Origin: Alphaproteobacteria bacterium
GTDB taxonomy: Bacteria > Pseudomonadota > Alphaproteobacteria > UBA828
Direction: 5' to 3'
Assembly (NCBI GenBank): GCA_965237415.1
Contig: CBDEFM010000002.1
Coordinates: 64,001-128,000 of the forward strand
DNA length: 64,000 nt
Position numbers and translations under genes: made by a program. The notes below the pieces were generated by a model, which had not been told where the DNA came from, did no database searches, and saw nothing but the letters and a program-made list of their open reading frames with translations. Positions 1-9,120 of the stretch are shown here, piece by piece. Within the stretch, counting starts at the first letter, position 1. Each line of letters opens with the position of its first letter.

Positions 1-869
1 TCGATTTCGACGTGAAGCGGGGGGAAACCCTCGGGCTGGTGGGCGAATCGGGCTGCGGCAAGTCGACGACGGCGCGGCTGGTCCTGCGGCTGATCGAGCC
101 GACCGCAGGCTCGGTCACCCTCGACGGCGTTGACGTGCTGGCGTGCACCAAGAAGGAGCTGCTCGCGCTCAGGCGCGAGATGCAGATCGTCTTTCAGGAT
201 CCGCTCAGCTCGCTCAACCCGCGCATGTCGGTCGGCAACCAGATCGCCGAGCCGCTGCGCTTCCACGGCATCGGCGACAAGGTGGACCGCTTCGACCGGG
301 CGCGGGAGTTCCTCGAGGTCGTGGGCCTCAGCACCGATTATTACGACCGGCTGCCCCACGAGTTCTCCGGCGGGCAGAACCAGCGCGTCGCCATCGCCCG
401 CGCCCTGATCCTGCAGCCCAAGCTGCTCATCCTCGACGAGCCGGTCTCGGCCCTCGATGTCTCGATCCGCGCCCAGATCCTCAGGCTCCTGATCGACCTG
501 CAGGGACGCTTCGAGCTCACCTACGTCTTCATCTCCCACGACCTCTCGGTGGTGAAGCGCTTCTGCAACCGCACCGCCGTGCTCTATCTCGGCCGCATCG
601 TGGAGATCGCGGAGAGCGAGAGCCTCTACCACGAGCCGCTCCACCCCTATTCCCAGGCGCTCATCAGCGCCATCCCCGAGGCCAATCCCGACGGGCCCAG
701 GGCCGAGTCTCTCGGCGGGCTGGAAGGCGATGTGCCGAGCCCGATCAGCCCGCCCTCGGGCTGTGCCTTCCACACGCGCTGCCCCCATCGGATGCCCGTC
801 TGCTCGGAGCAGAAGCCCGAGCTCAAGGAGGTGCGCGACGGCCACAAGGTCGCCTGCTTCCTCCACTAG
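1..869 (+). CDS. Oligopeptide/dipeptide ABC transporter ATP-binding subunit (OppF/DppF-like), 5'-truncated by window edge
   Basis: GESGCGKS Walker A, FSGGQNQR signature, LILDEP Walker B, C-terminal PSGCAFHTRCP...VAC. Confidence 0.95.
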   Translation, partial: DFDVKRGETLGLVGESGCGKSTTARLVLRLIEPTAGSVTLDGVDVLACTKKELLALRREMQIVFQDPLSSLNPRMSVGNQIAEPLRFHGIGDKVDRFDRAREFLEVVGLSTDYYDRLPHEFSGGQNQRVAIARALILQPKLLILDEPVSALDVSIRAQILRLLIDLQGRFELTYVFISHDLSVVKRFCNRTAVLYLGRIVEIAESESLYHEPLHPYSQALISAIPEANPDGPRAESLGGLEGDVPSPISPPSGCAFHTRCPHRMPVCSEQKPELKEVRDGHKVACFLH

Positions 870-1612
870 AGCGCGCGTCCACCTTCCCTGTCCCTCTCCC
901 CACTTATTTGTATCCCTCAGGCGTGGCATAGCCAGTCATGCCAGCCTGATGTGACCCCATAACCTACTGTAAGAACGATAACATTTCACTCTCGATGCAG
1001 CGTGGCGCGAGAGTGTCTTCGTAGCGCCCGTAAGCATATCGCTAGCGGATTCATTATAACTGCTGCGTATCAAACCGCGCAGGTGTCATATGATTGCGAC
1101 ACCACCGCGCGAGAGGCGCCCCCGTCCAAGCTGCGCTGGAAGCTGGAAGCGGTGGCGCATTGAGCGCCTACGCTGGAACGATGCGGCAACCGGCATCATG
1201 CGCCATGCCGATACAGCCTACGAGGACGCAGTCGATTGTGCCCCGTGGAACGGCCTTCGGCCACCAGCAACCCTCGACACCAGAAATCCTGGCTGCACTG
1301 GCGTATCCGGTTGAGTCGATGCACCGGGCGCGGGTAGAGCTCATGACCGCCTTCAACCAGCTACACAGGCAGCGTTAGAGAAGAAGATCGACGAGATCGT
1401 TACAGCTATCCATGAGACCGGCTTCAGCCGCGCTCTTACGGACCGGCTGCACAAGTTCGAGGCCGGCACTAAGAACTGCAACAACGTCTTGCAGCCGTTC
1501 CCCCCAAGATCTCAGACATCCATCCGAATATCGCCGGCATTTACGCCCGGAAGGTCGCATGCCTCGCGGAAGCGTTTGAAAAGCCCGATGAACGGGACGC
1601 GGCTGCGTCAGC

Positions 1613-1976
1613 CAACTACCGCCACGTCATCCATTCCTTGAAGAGGAAGCCGATGGCGCTGCTGAACCTGGTCTACCGCGACGCCCTGTTCCCCCGCGAC
1701 GCTTATCGGCGCTGCTTCGAGGCGGCCCTGGAGCGGTTCACCGAGCGCGAGGCCTGCCGGCTCACGGTGACCCTCCTGGCGCTTGCCCATGAGGAGAACT
1801 GCGAGGCCGAGCTGGCGGCGGCGATCGACGGCATCCTGGACGAGGGGCGGCTACCCGCCCCCAACGACCTCAAGGCGCGCTTCGCGCCGGACCCGGGCAA
1901 GATGCCCAGGATCGACGTCACCAGGACGCATCTGGCCGGCTACGGGTCTCTGCTGAGCGCAGGAAGTGCGTCATGA
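1613..1976 (+). pseudogene. istA: IS21-family IstA C-terminal fragment
   Basis: NYRHVIHSLKRKPMALLNLVYRDALFP is an IstA C-terminal stretch; the N-terminal/DDE part is missing; stop overlaps istB start (ATGA 1973-1976). Confidence 0.8.
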
Positions 1977-2044
1977 CCGGCAGCGACGACCTCACGGCAA
2001 CCGACCCCAACAAGGTCGATGCCATCAAGCTCTCCCTGATGCTC

Positions 2045-2268
2045 GCCACCAGCAGCCGATCGAAGCCCGGCCGCGACGTTCCGCCTCCAGAGCGGCCGAG
2101 ATCCTCGTCGATAATCACGGGCTCGTCCCAGCCCAGACCGCGAGCCCGATCCGCAAGGCCGTACTGACGACGGCGGCTCTCGTGGTTGTGCCGCAGCTGG
2201 TCCGGCGTCGACTGCCGAATGTAGACGACCGCCTCGCGTGCCAGATGATCAGGCGCGATCTTGTTCAT
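2045..2268 (-). pseudogene. Large serine recombinase N-terminal fragment
   Basis: MNKI...AVVYIRQST..Q...ES...QY, IDEDLGRSG...RPGFDRLL resolvase catalytic motifs; truncated after ~75 aa. Confidence 0.85.
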
Positions 2269-2739
2269 CGCCCGCCTCCTTCTCCGTGGCCGTCCCGTCC
2301 GCCATGTCCTCCGTCGGGTTCGCTGCCGCTTCGAGCAGCAGCGCCGCCAGTATCGGGATTACCGCCCCTCGCATCGCCGGCGTGAGTGCCGGACCCGGCT
2401 CCAGTAGTTCCAACAGCTCTCCCTGTCTTCCCATGTCGCCCTCCCAAATCCATGCGGGAGGGCGATGGTAGAACAGCGTCGATGTCCGAACGGAGGTCGC
2501 GCAGGGCGTCCACCGTAGCGCGATCCGCGGCTGATCCGTCACCGTCATCGCCGCCGCGTCTGGAAAGCACATCCAGGTCGGTATCTGCGCCAGCGTGCCA
2601 TCCGGCTGGCGGACGACGTAGATCATGGTCCCCTTGAAGCGGTGGCGCCGAACCACTTCCACGCGCTGGCCCGTGCGGGGGTGGAAGGGGTAGTGGATCT
2701 TCGTCGGACCGCCCTGGTATCGGGCAGTGTGTGGCTGTT
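2249..2739 (-). pseudogene. Accessory genes of a serine-recombinase element (YPFHP-type small protein, probably frameshifted, then a ~61 aa ORF overlapping the recombinase start)
   Basis: Frame EQPHTARY...IHYPFHPRTGQRVEVVRRHR...QPDGTLAQIPTWM, a motif set usually seen upstream of such recombinases; small ORF 2434-2249. Confidence 0.6.
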
Positions 2740-3363
2740 CCGCCCGGCGCCGGCAAAAGCCATCTTGCCTCTGCCATCGGCCTCGCCCTGGTCGAGAACG
2801 GCTATCGCGTACTCTTCACCCGCACCACCGATCTGGTGCAGCGCCTGCAGGTGGCAAGGCGTGAGCTCGCCCTGGAAAGCCAGCTCGCAAGGCTCGACCG
2901 CTACCATCTTCTGATCCTCGACGACCTCGCCTACGTGCAAAAGGATCAGGCCGAGACCAGCGTCCTCTTCGAGCTCATCTCGGCGCGCTACGAAAGGCGC
3001 TCTCTTCTAATAACCGCGAACCAGCCCTTCGGAGAATGGAACAAGGTGTTCCCGGACGAGACCACTGCGGTGGCCGCCGTCGATCGCCTCGTCCACCACG
3101 CCACAATCCTCGAGATGAACGTCGAGAGCTATCGCCGCCGCGCCGCGCTCGACAGACGAAAAAGGGGACCGGGGCGGCCCGCCAAGATCGCCACCGAGAA
3201 AAACACCACCGAGGACTGAGCCACGCACGGGTGCCGCCCCGGCGGCGCTCACGCTCGCTCCCTGCGGCCCGTCGGCATCTCAGTCGGCGGGCCGCACTTT
3301 ACTCCACGCATCCCGGCCGCAATCCCCCACAGCGATATCGCACCGATCGATCATGCGGACGCT

Positions 3364-3513
3364 CCGCGACAATCTGTGTGTGTCGCGCCGCGACAATCAA
3401 CGAGACGAAGGCCCTTGCAATGCCCGACGCTGCCCGCAATCATGCGCCCGCCGCTGGCGCCGGGAATCTCACCCTGATTGACGCGCGGCTCTCATCCAGA
3501 TCGTCGCGCTATA
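3364..3513 (+). repeat. IS21 right-end repeated transposase-binding motifs
   Basis: CCGCGACAATC at 3364 and 3388; inverted variants TGATTGACGCGC (3475) and GATCGTCGCGC (3499); element probably ends at ~3513. Confidence 0.6.
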
Positions 3514-4115
3514 AGTGGGCTCGGGTGGGGTGAAGAGGCCGTTCGCGCACTGGCGTGCTGTAGCGGCACCCGATGCTAAGCCTGGTCCGAACCATTTTGT
3601 CGCCTCGGTCACTGATGGCGCGGGTTTCCCGCGACCTCGTTGTGTGCCCAGCATGCTCGGTAGCTGGGAAGTGAAAGTCTTCTATCCAACCTGATGGAGG
3701 TGAAGGATTAGCAAAGCGCAAGGGCATCCCCGCGAGGTGGTGTCTGAAGGAAGCGTGGAGCAAAACCGCGACCTGACGAACAGAAACCGGATATGAGGCA
3801 GGCTTGGTCGGACGAGCGGGCAACGGATCGCGAAGTCCATATCCATCAAGGCCAAGTTTGTAGATCCGGCAGGTGTGCGGGGAAGGCGACCGAGCTTACC
3901 TGGGGAGGCCTGTGCCGTGTTCCAAGTCTGGAACTGAGGGAACTGCAAGGGGACCTGATCGCGGCGCAGGAGTCAGCAGACGGCATAGTAGGTCAGGCAG
4001 TCGGCAAAGCTATTTAGGCACTCCAAGGCCGAGAGGTGGAGCAACAGATAAGCCGAGCCGGTAACGATGGCCGAAGGCCTGAACGATTGGAAGCGGCAAG
4101 TAGGACGGACAACTC

Positions 4116-7100
4116 ATGCGTGGAAAGCGGCAGAACATCCAGTACTCACTGGCCTTGGAACTATCTGAGCGGGGTGAAACCCTGGTCGGCGGCTACCAAG
4201 GGACCGAACCACCTGTGGCGAAGCCCGACCCCGAAAGCCCGGCCTTGGCGGAACAGCTAATGGAGGAGATGTGCGGGCGGGAAAATTGCGAAACTGCGTG
4301 GAAGCACGTTCGAAAGAACAAGGGCGGTCCCGGCGTCGATGGGATGACCATCGACGAGGCCGCGGACTACCTGCGTGAGCACTGGCCAAGCATTCGGTCT
4401 CAACTGCTCGACGGAACCCACCAGCCCCAGCCGGTCAAGAGGGTCGAGATACCCAAGCCGGACGGCGGGGTCAGGAAACTCGGCGTCCCCTGTGTCGTCG
4501 ACAGACTGGTCCAGCAAGCCGTGTTGCAGGTTCTTCAGGCGCAATGGGACCCGACGTTTTCCGAACACAGCTACGGGTTCCGCCCGGGGCGCTCGGCCCA
4601 TCAGGCGGTGGCTCAGGCACAAGCGTATATTGCTGAGGGCTACGGTATCGTGGTTGACATCGACCTCGAAAAATTCTTCGACCGTGTCAACCAGGACCGA
4701 CTGATGGCTCGCGTTGCCGAACGGGTCTCCGACAAACGGGTACTCAAGCTGATCCGCGCCTTTCTCAAGGCCGGAGTGATGGAAGACGGGCTGGTTTATC
4801 CGGTTGACGAGGGGACCCCGCAAGGCGGTCCGCTTTCGCCTCTCCTGAGCAATCTCGTGCTCGATGAACTCGACAGGGAACTGACACGACGCGGCCACCG
4901 GTTCTGCCGGTACGCGGATGACTGTGTGCCACGAAGGCACGAGGAGGCTGAGATGATTTAGCCACCGAAGGGCCGTGCTGCACGAGAGATGGGGGTCGGC
5001 CCCCCGGAGCCGCCGTGCAGGCGGAGGCTTCAAACCACCCACTGCTGCTGTGTTCAAGAGACATGGTAGTGAGCGAGTGGGAAAAGGCAGGGCAATACCC
5101 TGTCAGGTAGGGATCGCGGAGTCGAACGCAAGTGAACCACTGTCAACGTGTCGAAAGCGTGTGGACGACGTCAAAACCGAGGGGTAGTCGTTACCTCGGG
5201 ATGAGTTCGGAAGGAACCTGCTTACTGACCGAATGGCGTCCGGCACAAAGGTGGCGAGACCGCGATCCAGGCTCTTCGGAACCTGTCAACGACTTTGAGA
5301 CAGTGACGATTGCGATTTACTGAGCAGTTTCTCCTGTTGTGGGTGTCACAGGTAGGTTGATCCAGACGGCTTGGGGAAGGGGATCCGGTTGTGGGATCCC
5401 TCGAACGAAGCGTTCGGGATGACGGGTCCAGGCGGCTTGAAGGGTCCGCCCGCGCTGCTCCAGCACGCTCTGGGTTCGATTGTGATGCACGTCGTCCGGG
5501 GTGAGCATCGCGATCCCGCCATGGCGATGTTCGGTGTTGTACCAAGGGAAGAACGTTCGGCAGAAGGCGATCGCGGCGGTGATGTCGTGGAAGCGGCCAG
5601 GGAAGCCGGGGTGGTACTTCAGGGTCTTGAACTGCGCCTCGGAGAAGGGGTTGTCGTCGGACACCTGAGGGCGGCTCAGTGAACGGGTCACGCCGAGGTC
5701 GGCGAGCAGTTGTGCGGTGCACTTGCTCGTCATCGGCGCGCCGCGGTCGGAGTGCAGGGTGAGCACCTGGGGCTGGACGCCCTGTTTGTGGCAGGTCTCT
5801 TCGATGAGACGACCGGCCAGCGCCGAGTTCTCCCGGTCTGCGACCATCCAGCCGACCGCGTAGCGGCTGAAGATGTCGAGCACGACGTAGAGGTAGAAGT
5901 ACGTCCACTTGGTCGGCCCCAACAGCTTGGTGATGTCCCAGGACCAGGTCTGGTTCGGCGCCGTGGCCACCAGCTCGGGCTTGATGTACTGGGGATGCTC
6001 GCGCTGATTGCGCCGCTCTCGGACCGGCTGATCGGCGGCCAGGATCCGATACATCGTCCGCTCCGAGCACAGGTAATGGCCTTCGTCGAGCAGCGTCGCC
6101 ACGACCTCCGCCGGCGCACGGTCGACGAAGCGCGGGCCGGCGAGCACATCGAGGATCTGCTCGCGCTCGGCTTCACACAGCGCCCGGGCGGGCGTTGGAC
6201 GGGGCTGCCGGTGCCCGGGAGTTGACCTCTGACGACGGTAGAAGGTCGCCCGTGACACGCCCAGTGCTTGGCAGGCCGGCGCCACGCCGACCTGCGCCGC
6301 AAGCGGTTGGACCGCGATCAAGAGCGCGTTCCGTGTTCGAGGTTCAATCCCAGCAGCCCGGCAACTTTTCCCTGCACGTCCAGGATCGTGTGCGCGGTGT
6401 GCAACTCGTGCTCCAGGCGAGCCACTTGCGCCTCGAGCGCGCGCACCTTCGCATCCAGCGGGTTGCGTTCGGCCGGTTTCGCGCCGCGCTTCTTCGCGGC
6501 CAACTCCCGCAGCGAGCCCTTGCGCCGCGCCTTGCGCCAAGCCGTCAGATGCGAGCTGTACAACCCCTCGCGGCGAAGCAGGCGGCCCACCTCGCCGGGC
6601 TGTGTGCAGCGATCCGCCTCCTCCAGAATCCGCAGCCGATACTCTGCGGTGAACTGGCGCCGCTTCGGCTTGGCCACAACCTCCGGGTCCGGGGTCGGTC
6701 TGGCGCGGCCGGCCCTGGGGGCCTCGTCGCTACGCTCCTCGACCCCCAGGGCCGGAACGGAAACCTCATTCAATGTCATCGAGTCTCTCTCTGCGGTCAT
6801 CGGTTTTCACCTCCGCCGCCCTACAGAAATTCCAAAGGTTGCTGGTGTCTCAGTGATGTTGGCAGAGAGGGCTTGTGCGGAACGTGGGAACCTGTCGCTT
6901 CGATGCCAAGGAAGAACCGCAAGTGGAGGCCCCACGAGCGGGAGAGTACCGATGCGGAGCACAGGGGCGGAGCGACCCGTAGTAGCGATGAAAGTTCTGT
7001 AATGGGGCTGGAGCGAAGGGGTTGCCCTATGCGGTTCGGGAAGTCGGGGCAACCGGCGACGGGAGGACCTTGATGGACCGGACGAAGCCGTTTCCCATCA

Positions 7101-8969
7101 GCAAACGTCAGGTCTGGGAAGCCTGGAAGAAGGTGAAAGCCAATCAGGGTGGGGCGGGGATTGACGGCCAGGCAATAGAAGCGTTCGAGGCCAAGGTTGG
7201 AGACAACCTGTACATGCTTTGGAACCGCATGGCGTCGGGCAGTTATCATCCGTCTCCGGTTCGACGAGTTGAGATTCCCAAGGCGGACGGCGGCGTTCGT
7301 CCGCTGGGGATACCAACGGTGGAGGATCGGGTAGCCCAAACGGTGGTGAAAGAGGTACTGGAGCCGGAACTGGAAAAACACTTTCATTCGGACTCCTACG
7401 GCTATCGGCCGGGGAAATCGGCTCACCAGGCACTGGGGCAGGCGCGAGAGCGCTGCTGGCGAAGTGACTGGGTGCTGGATCTCGATATCAGGTCGTTTTT
7501 CGACACGTTGGATCACGACCTGCTGCTTCGCGCAGTGCGCCGCCACACCGACGAGAACTGGGTGGTGCTGTATATCGAGAGGTGGCTGAAGGCCCCGGTA
7601 ATGCTGCCGAGCGGGGAGGTAGAAGAGCGGGATCGAGGCACGCCCCAAGGGGGTGTCGCAAGTCCGTTGCTTGCCAACCTGTTCCTGCATTATGTGTTCG
7701 ATTTGTGGATGGAGAGGCACTACCCGGCCATCCCGTTCGAGCGTTATGCCGACGATATCGTCTGCCATTGTCGCAGTGAGCGGCAGGCACACCATCTGAA
7801 GGGCGCACTGACACGTCGCTTTGAAGCCTGCGGGCTCGCGCTGCACCGGGAGAAGACGAAGATTGTCTACTGCCAGGACAGCGATCGACGAGGGAAGCAC
7901 CCCGTAACATCCTTTGACTTCCTGGGCTACACGTTTCGGCCCCGGCGGTCGAAGAACAAGTGGGGCGGGTTTTTCGTCAGTTTTAGTCCGGCGATCAGCA
8001 ACAAGGCGGCGAGAGCGATTCGGCGGGAAATCAGGAGTTGGAATCTGCATCGACGCAGTGACAAGAGCCTTGACGACCTTGCCCGAATGTTCAACGCAAC
8101 CATCAGGGGGTGGATCAACTATTACGGGGCCTTTTACAAGTCGACCCTCTTTGCCCCCTTGCGGATGATCGACAGGAGGCTCGCGCTTTGGGCCACGCGC
8201 AAGATGAAGCGTTTTCGGGCGCATCGGAGACGCGCTGCGCAATGGGTTGCCGACTGTGTTCGCCGGGACCCTAACCTGTTCGCACATTGGCGCGTTATTT
8301 ATCGTACGGCTGCATAGGAGGAGCCGTGTGAGCCGAGAGGTTCAAGCACGGTTCTGTGAGCGCCTCGGGGTGAGATTCCCCGGGGCGACTCGACGTAACA
8401 TCTACGTCCGCAGCCAGCGCGCCGGCGAACGTGTCATGGCCTCCGTGGCCAGGTTCCTGACCACGACGCTACGGCTCAAGGTCAACGAGTCAAAGAGCGC
8501 GGTCGCGCGACCGGAGGAGCGCAAGTTCCTGGGGTTCAGCATCGCGAATGATGGGAGCGAACGGCGCATCGCGCCGCAAGCTCTCGCGAAGTTCAAGGCG
8601 CGAATTCGGGACCTCACAAGCCGGACGCGGGGAATAAGTCTGCACCGGATGATCGAAACGCTAAAGCCATACCTGATGGGCTGGCGCGGCTACTTCGGTT
8701 TCTGCCAGACCCCGCGCGTGCTCACGAACCTGGAAGCGTGGATACGCCGAAGACTGCGTGCGTATCTGTGGCGACAGTGGAACAACGGTCACAAACGCTT
8801 CAAGGAGCTCCGCCGCCGGGGACTCTCAAAGGACCAAGCCGCCATCGCCGCTGGCTCGCCGACGGCGTACTGGCGCATGGCCGGACATGTGGTGGTCCAG
8901 CAGGCCCTACGCAACCACCATTTCGACTCGCTCGGCCTCCCCAGACTCTACACCCCTGCTGCGGCCTAA
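4116..8969 (+). CDS. ltrA: Class C group II intron reverse transcriptase/maturase, split (4116-4923 + 8395-8969; 460 aa when rejoined)
   Basis: GPGVDG, IPKPDGGVRKLG, SYGFRPGRS, GTPQGGPLSPLL; the rejoined junction GAC T|GT AAC reads YADDCNIYVRS in frame; GWRGYF maturase motif. Confidence 0.93.
5317..6321 (-). CDS. IS3-type OrfB DDE (rve) transposase
   Basis: PNQTWSWDITKL, LDIFSRY, LHSDRG, DNPFSEAQFKTLK; overlaps the OrfA stop; exact start uncertain (frameshift or coupling). Confidence 0.9.
   Translation of the reverse strand: MIAVQPLAAQVGVAPACQALGVSRATFYRRQRSTPGHRQPRPTPARALCEAEREQILDVLAGPRFVDRAPAEVVATLLDEGHYLCSERTMYRILAADQPVRERRNQREHPQYIKPELVATAPNQTWSWDITKLLGPTKWTYFYLYVVLDIFSRYAVGWMVADRENSALAGRLIEETCHKQGVQPQVLTLHSDRGAPMTSKCTAQLLADLGVTRSLSRPQVSDDNPFSEAQFKTLKYHPGFPGRFHDITAAIAFCRTFFPWYNTEHRHGGIAMLTPDDVHHNRTQSVLEQRGRTLQAAWTRHPERFVRGIPQPDPLPQAVWINLPVTPTTGETAQ
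6318..6800 (-). CDS. IS3-type OrfA (HTH)
   Basis: DPEVVAKPKRRQFTAEYRLRILEEAD...LLRREGLYSSHL. Confidence 0.85.
   Translation of the reverse strand: MTAERDSMTLNEVSVPALGVEERSDEAPRAGRARPTPDPEVVAKPKRRQFTAEYRLRILEEADRCTQPGEVGRLLRREGLYSSHLTAWRKARRKGSLRELAAKKRGAKPAERNPLDAKVRALEAQVARLEHELHTAHTILDVQGKVAGLLGLNLEHGTRS
7073..8317 (+). CDS. ltrA: Class D group II intron RT/maturase, intact ORF, no endonuclease domain
   Basis: KPFPISKRQVWEAWKKVKANQG, LWNRMASGSY, GTPQGGVASPLLANLFLHY, FERYADD, GWINYYG. Confidence 0.95.
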   Translation: MDRTKPFPISKRQVWEAWKKVKANQGGAGIDGQAIEAFEAKVGDNLYMLWNRMASGSYHPSPVRRVEIPKADGGVRPLGIPTVEDRVAQTVVKEVLEPELEKHFHSDSYGYRPGKSAHQALGQARERCWRSDWVLDLDIRSFFDTLDHDLLLRAVRRHTDENWVVLYIERWLKAPVMLPSGEVEERDRGTPQGGVASPLLANLFLHYVFDLWMERHYPAIPFERYADDIVCHCRSERQAHHLKGALTRRFEACGLALHREKTKIVYCQDSDRRGKHPVTSFDFLGYTFRPRRSKNKWGGFFVSFSPAISNKAARAIRREIRSWNLHRRSDKSLDDLARMFNATIRGWINYYGAFYKSTLFAPLRMIDRRLALWATRKMKRFRAHRRRAAQWVADCVRRDPNLFAHWRVIYRTAA

Positions 8970-9120
8970 TTCGGTCGAACCGCCGTGGTACGGACCCGTA
9001 TGCCCGGTGGTGTGGGAGGGGCGGCATCGTGAGATGCCCCCCTATCCCGATCAAGAGAATGGGACTTCGAACATGGTTCCTCCCCGCTCGCGACGGAGAT
9101 GAAACCTGGGAGGATGTTCC

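Larger units (their letters stand above)
1973..3219 (+). pseudogene. istB: IS21-family IstB ATPase, split by a foreign insert (~2045-2739) with loss of part of the N-terminus
   Basis: N-terminal 24 codons at 1973; resumes ~2740 at PPGAGKSHLA (Walker A), LLILDDLAY (Walker B), AAVDRLVHH, ESYRR. Confidence 0.9.
5277..6871 (-). mobile_element. IS3-family-type element inserted in domain I of the inner intron
   Basis: CTT direct repeat 5274-76 / 6872-74; imperfect IRs TGTCAACGACTTTGAGACA (5284) and TGTCTCAGTGATGTTGGCA (6846-64), each 7 bp inside the ends; removal restores GGCTCTTGTGCGGAAC. Confidence 0.88.
4924..8394 (+). mobile_element. Group II intron, class D (RmInt1-like), nested in the outer RT gene
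   Basis: 5' GTGTG at 4924; DV GAGCCGTGTGAGCCGAGAGGTTCAAGCACGGTTC (8321-54); 3' end ACTCGAC; EBS1 AGTCGTT (5186-92) pairs with IBS1 GATGACT (4917-23). Confidence 0.92.
3642..9051 (+). mobile_element. Group II intron, class IIC (outer)
   Basis: 5' GTGTGCCCAGCATG; IIC-type short DV GAACCGCCGTGGTACGGACCCGTATGCCCGGTGGT; DVI ending CTATCCCGAT; EBS1 AACG (3822-25) pairs with IBS1 CGTT (3638-41); upstream hairpin CGCGGG-TTT-CCCGCG. Confidence 0.93.
3516..9120 (+). ncRNA. Putative IS110 bridge RNA in two exons (3516-3641 and 9052-~9120)
   Basis: Two loops with the same layout, ..CT-hairpin-..AG. Loop 1: GCGCACT 3545-51 / hairpin 3555-69 / GCTAAG 3575-80. Loop 2: CACT 3610-13 / hairpin 3619-33 / T+CAAGAG 3641+9052-57. 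GAACCAT (3589-95) pairs with ATGGTTC (9073-79) across the intron. Confidence 0.7.

Noticed and set aside
960-1600. Short ORFs in a lower-GC stretch
   Set aside because: No recognisable motifs; cannot be supported as genes.
4116-8969. RTs as retron, DGR or defence RTs
   Set aside because: Both have full intron RNA ends, DV/DVI and maturase motifs.
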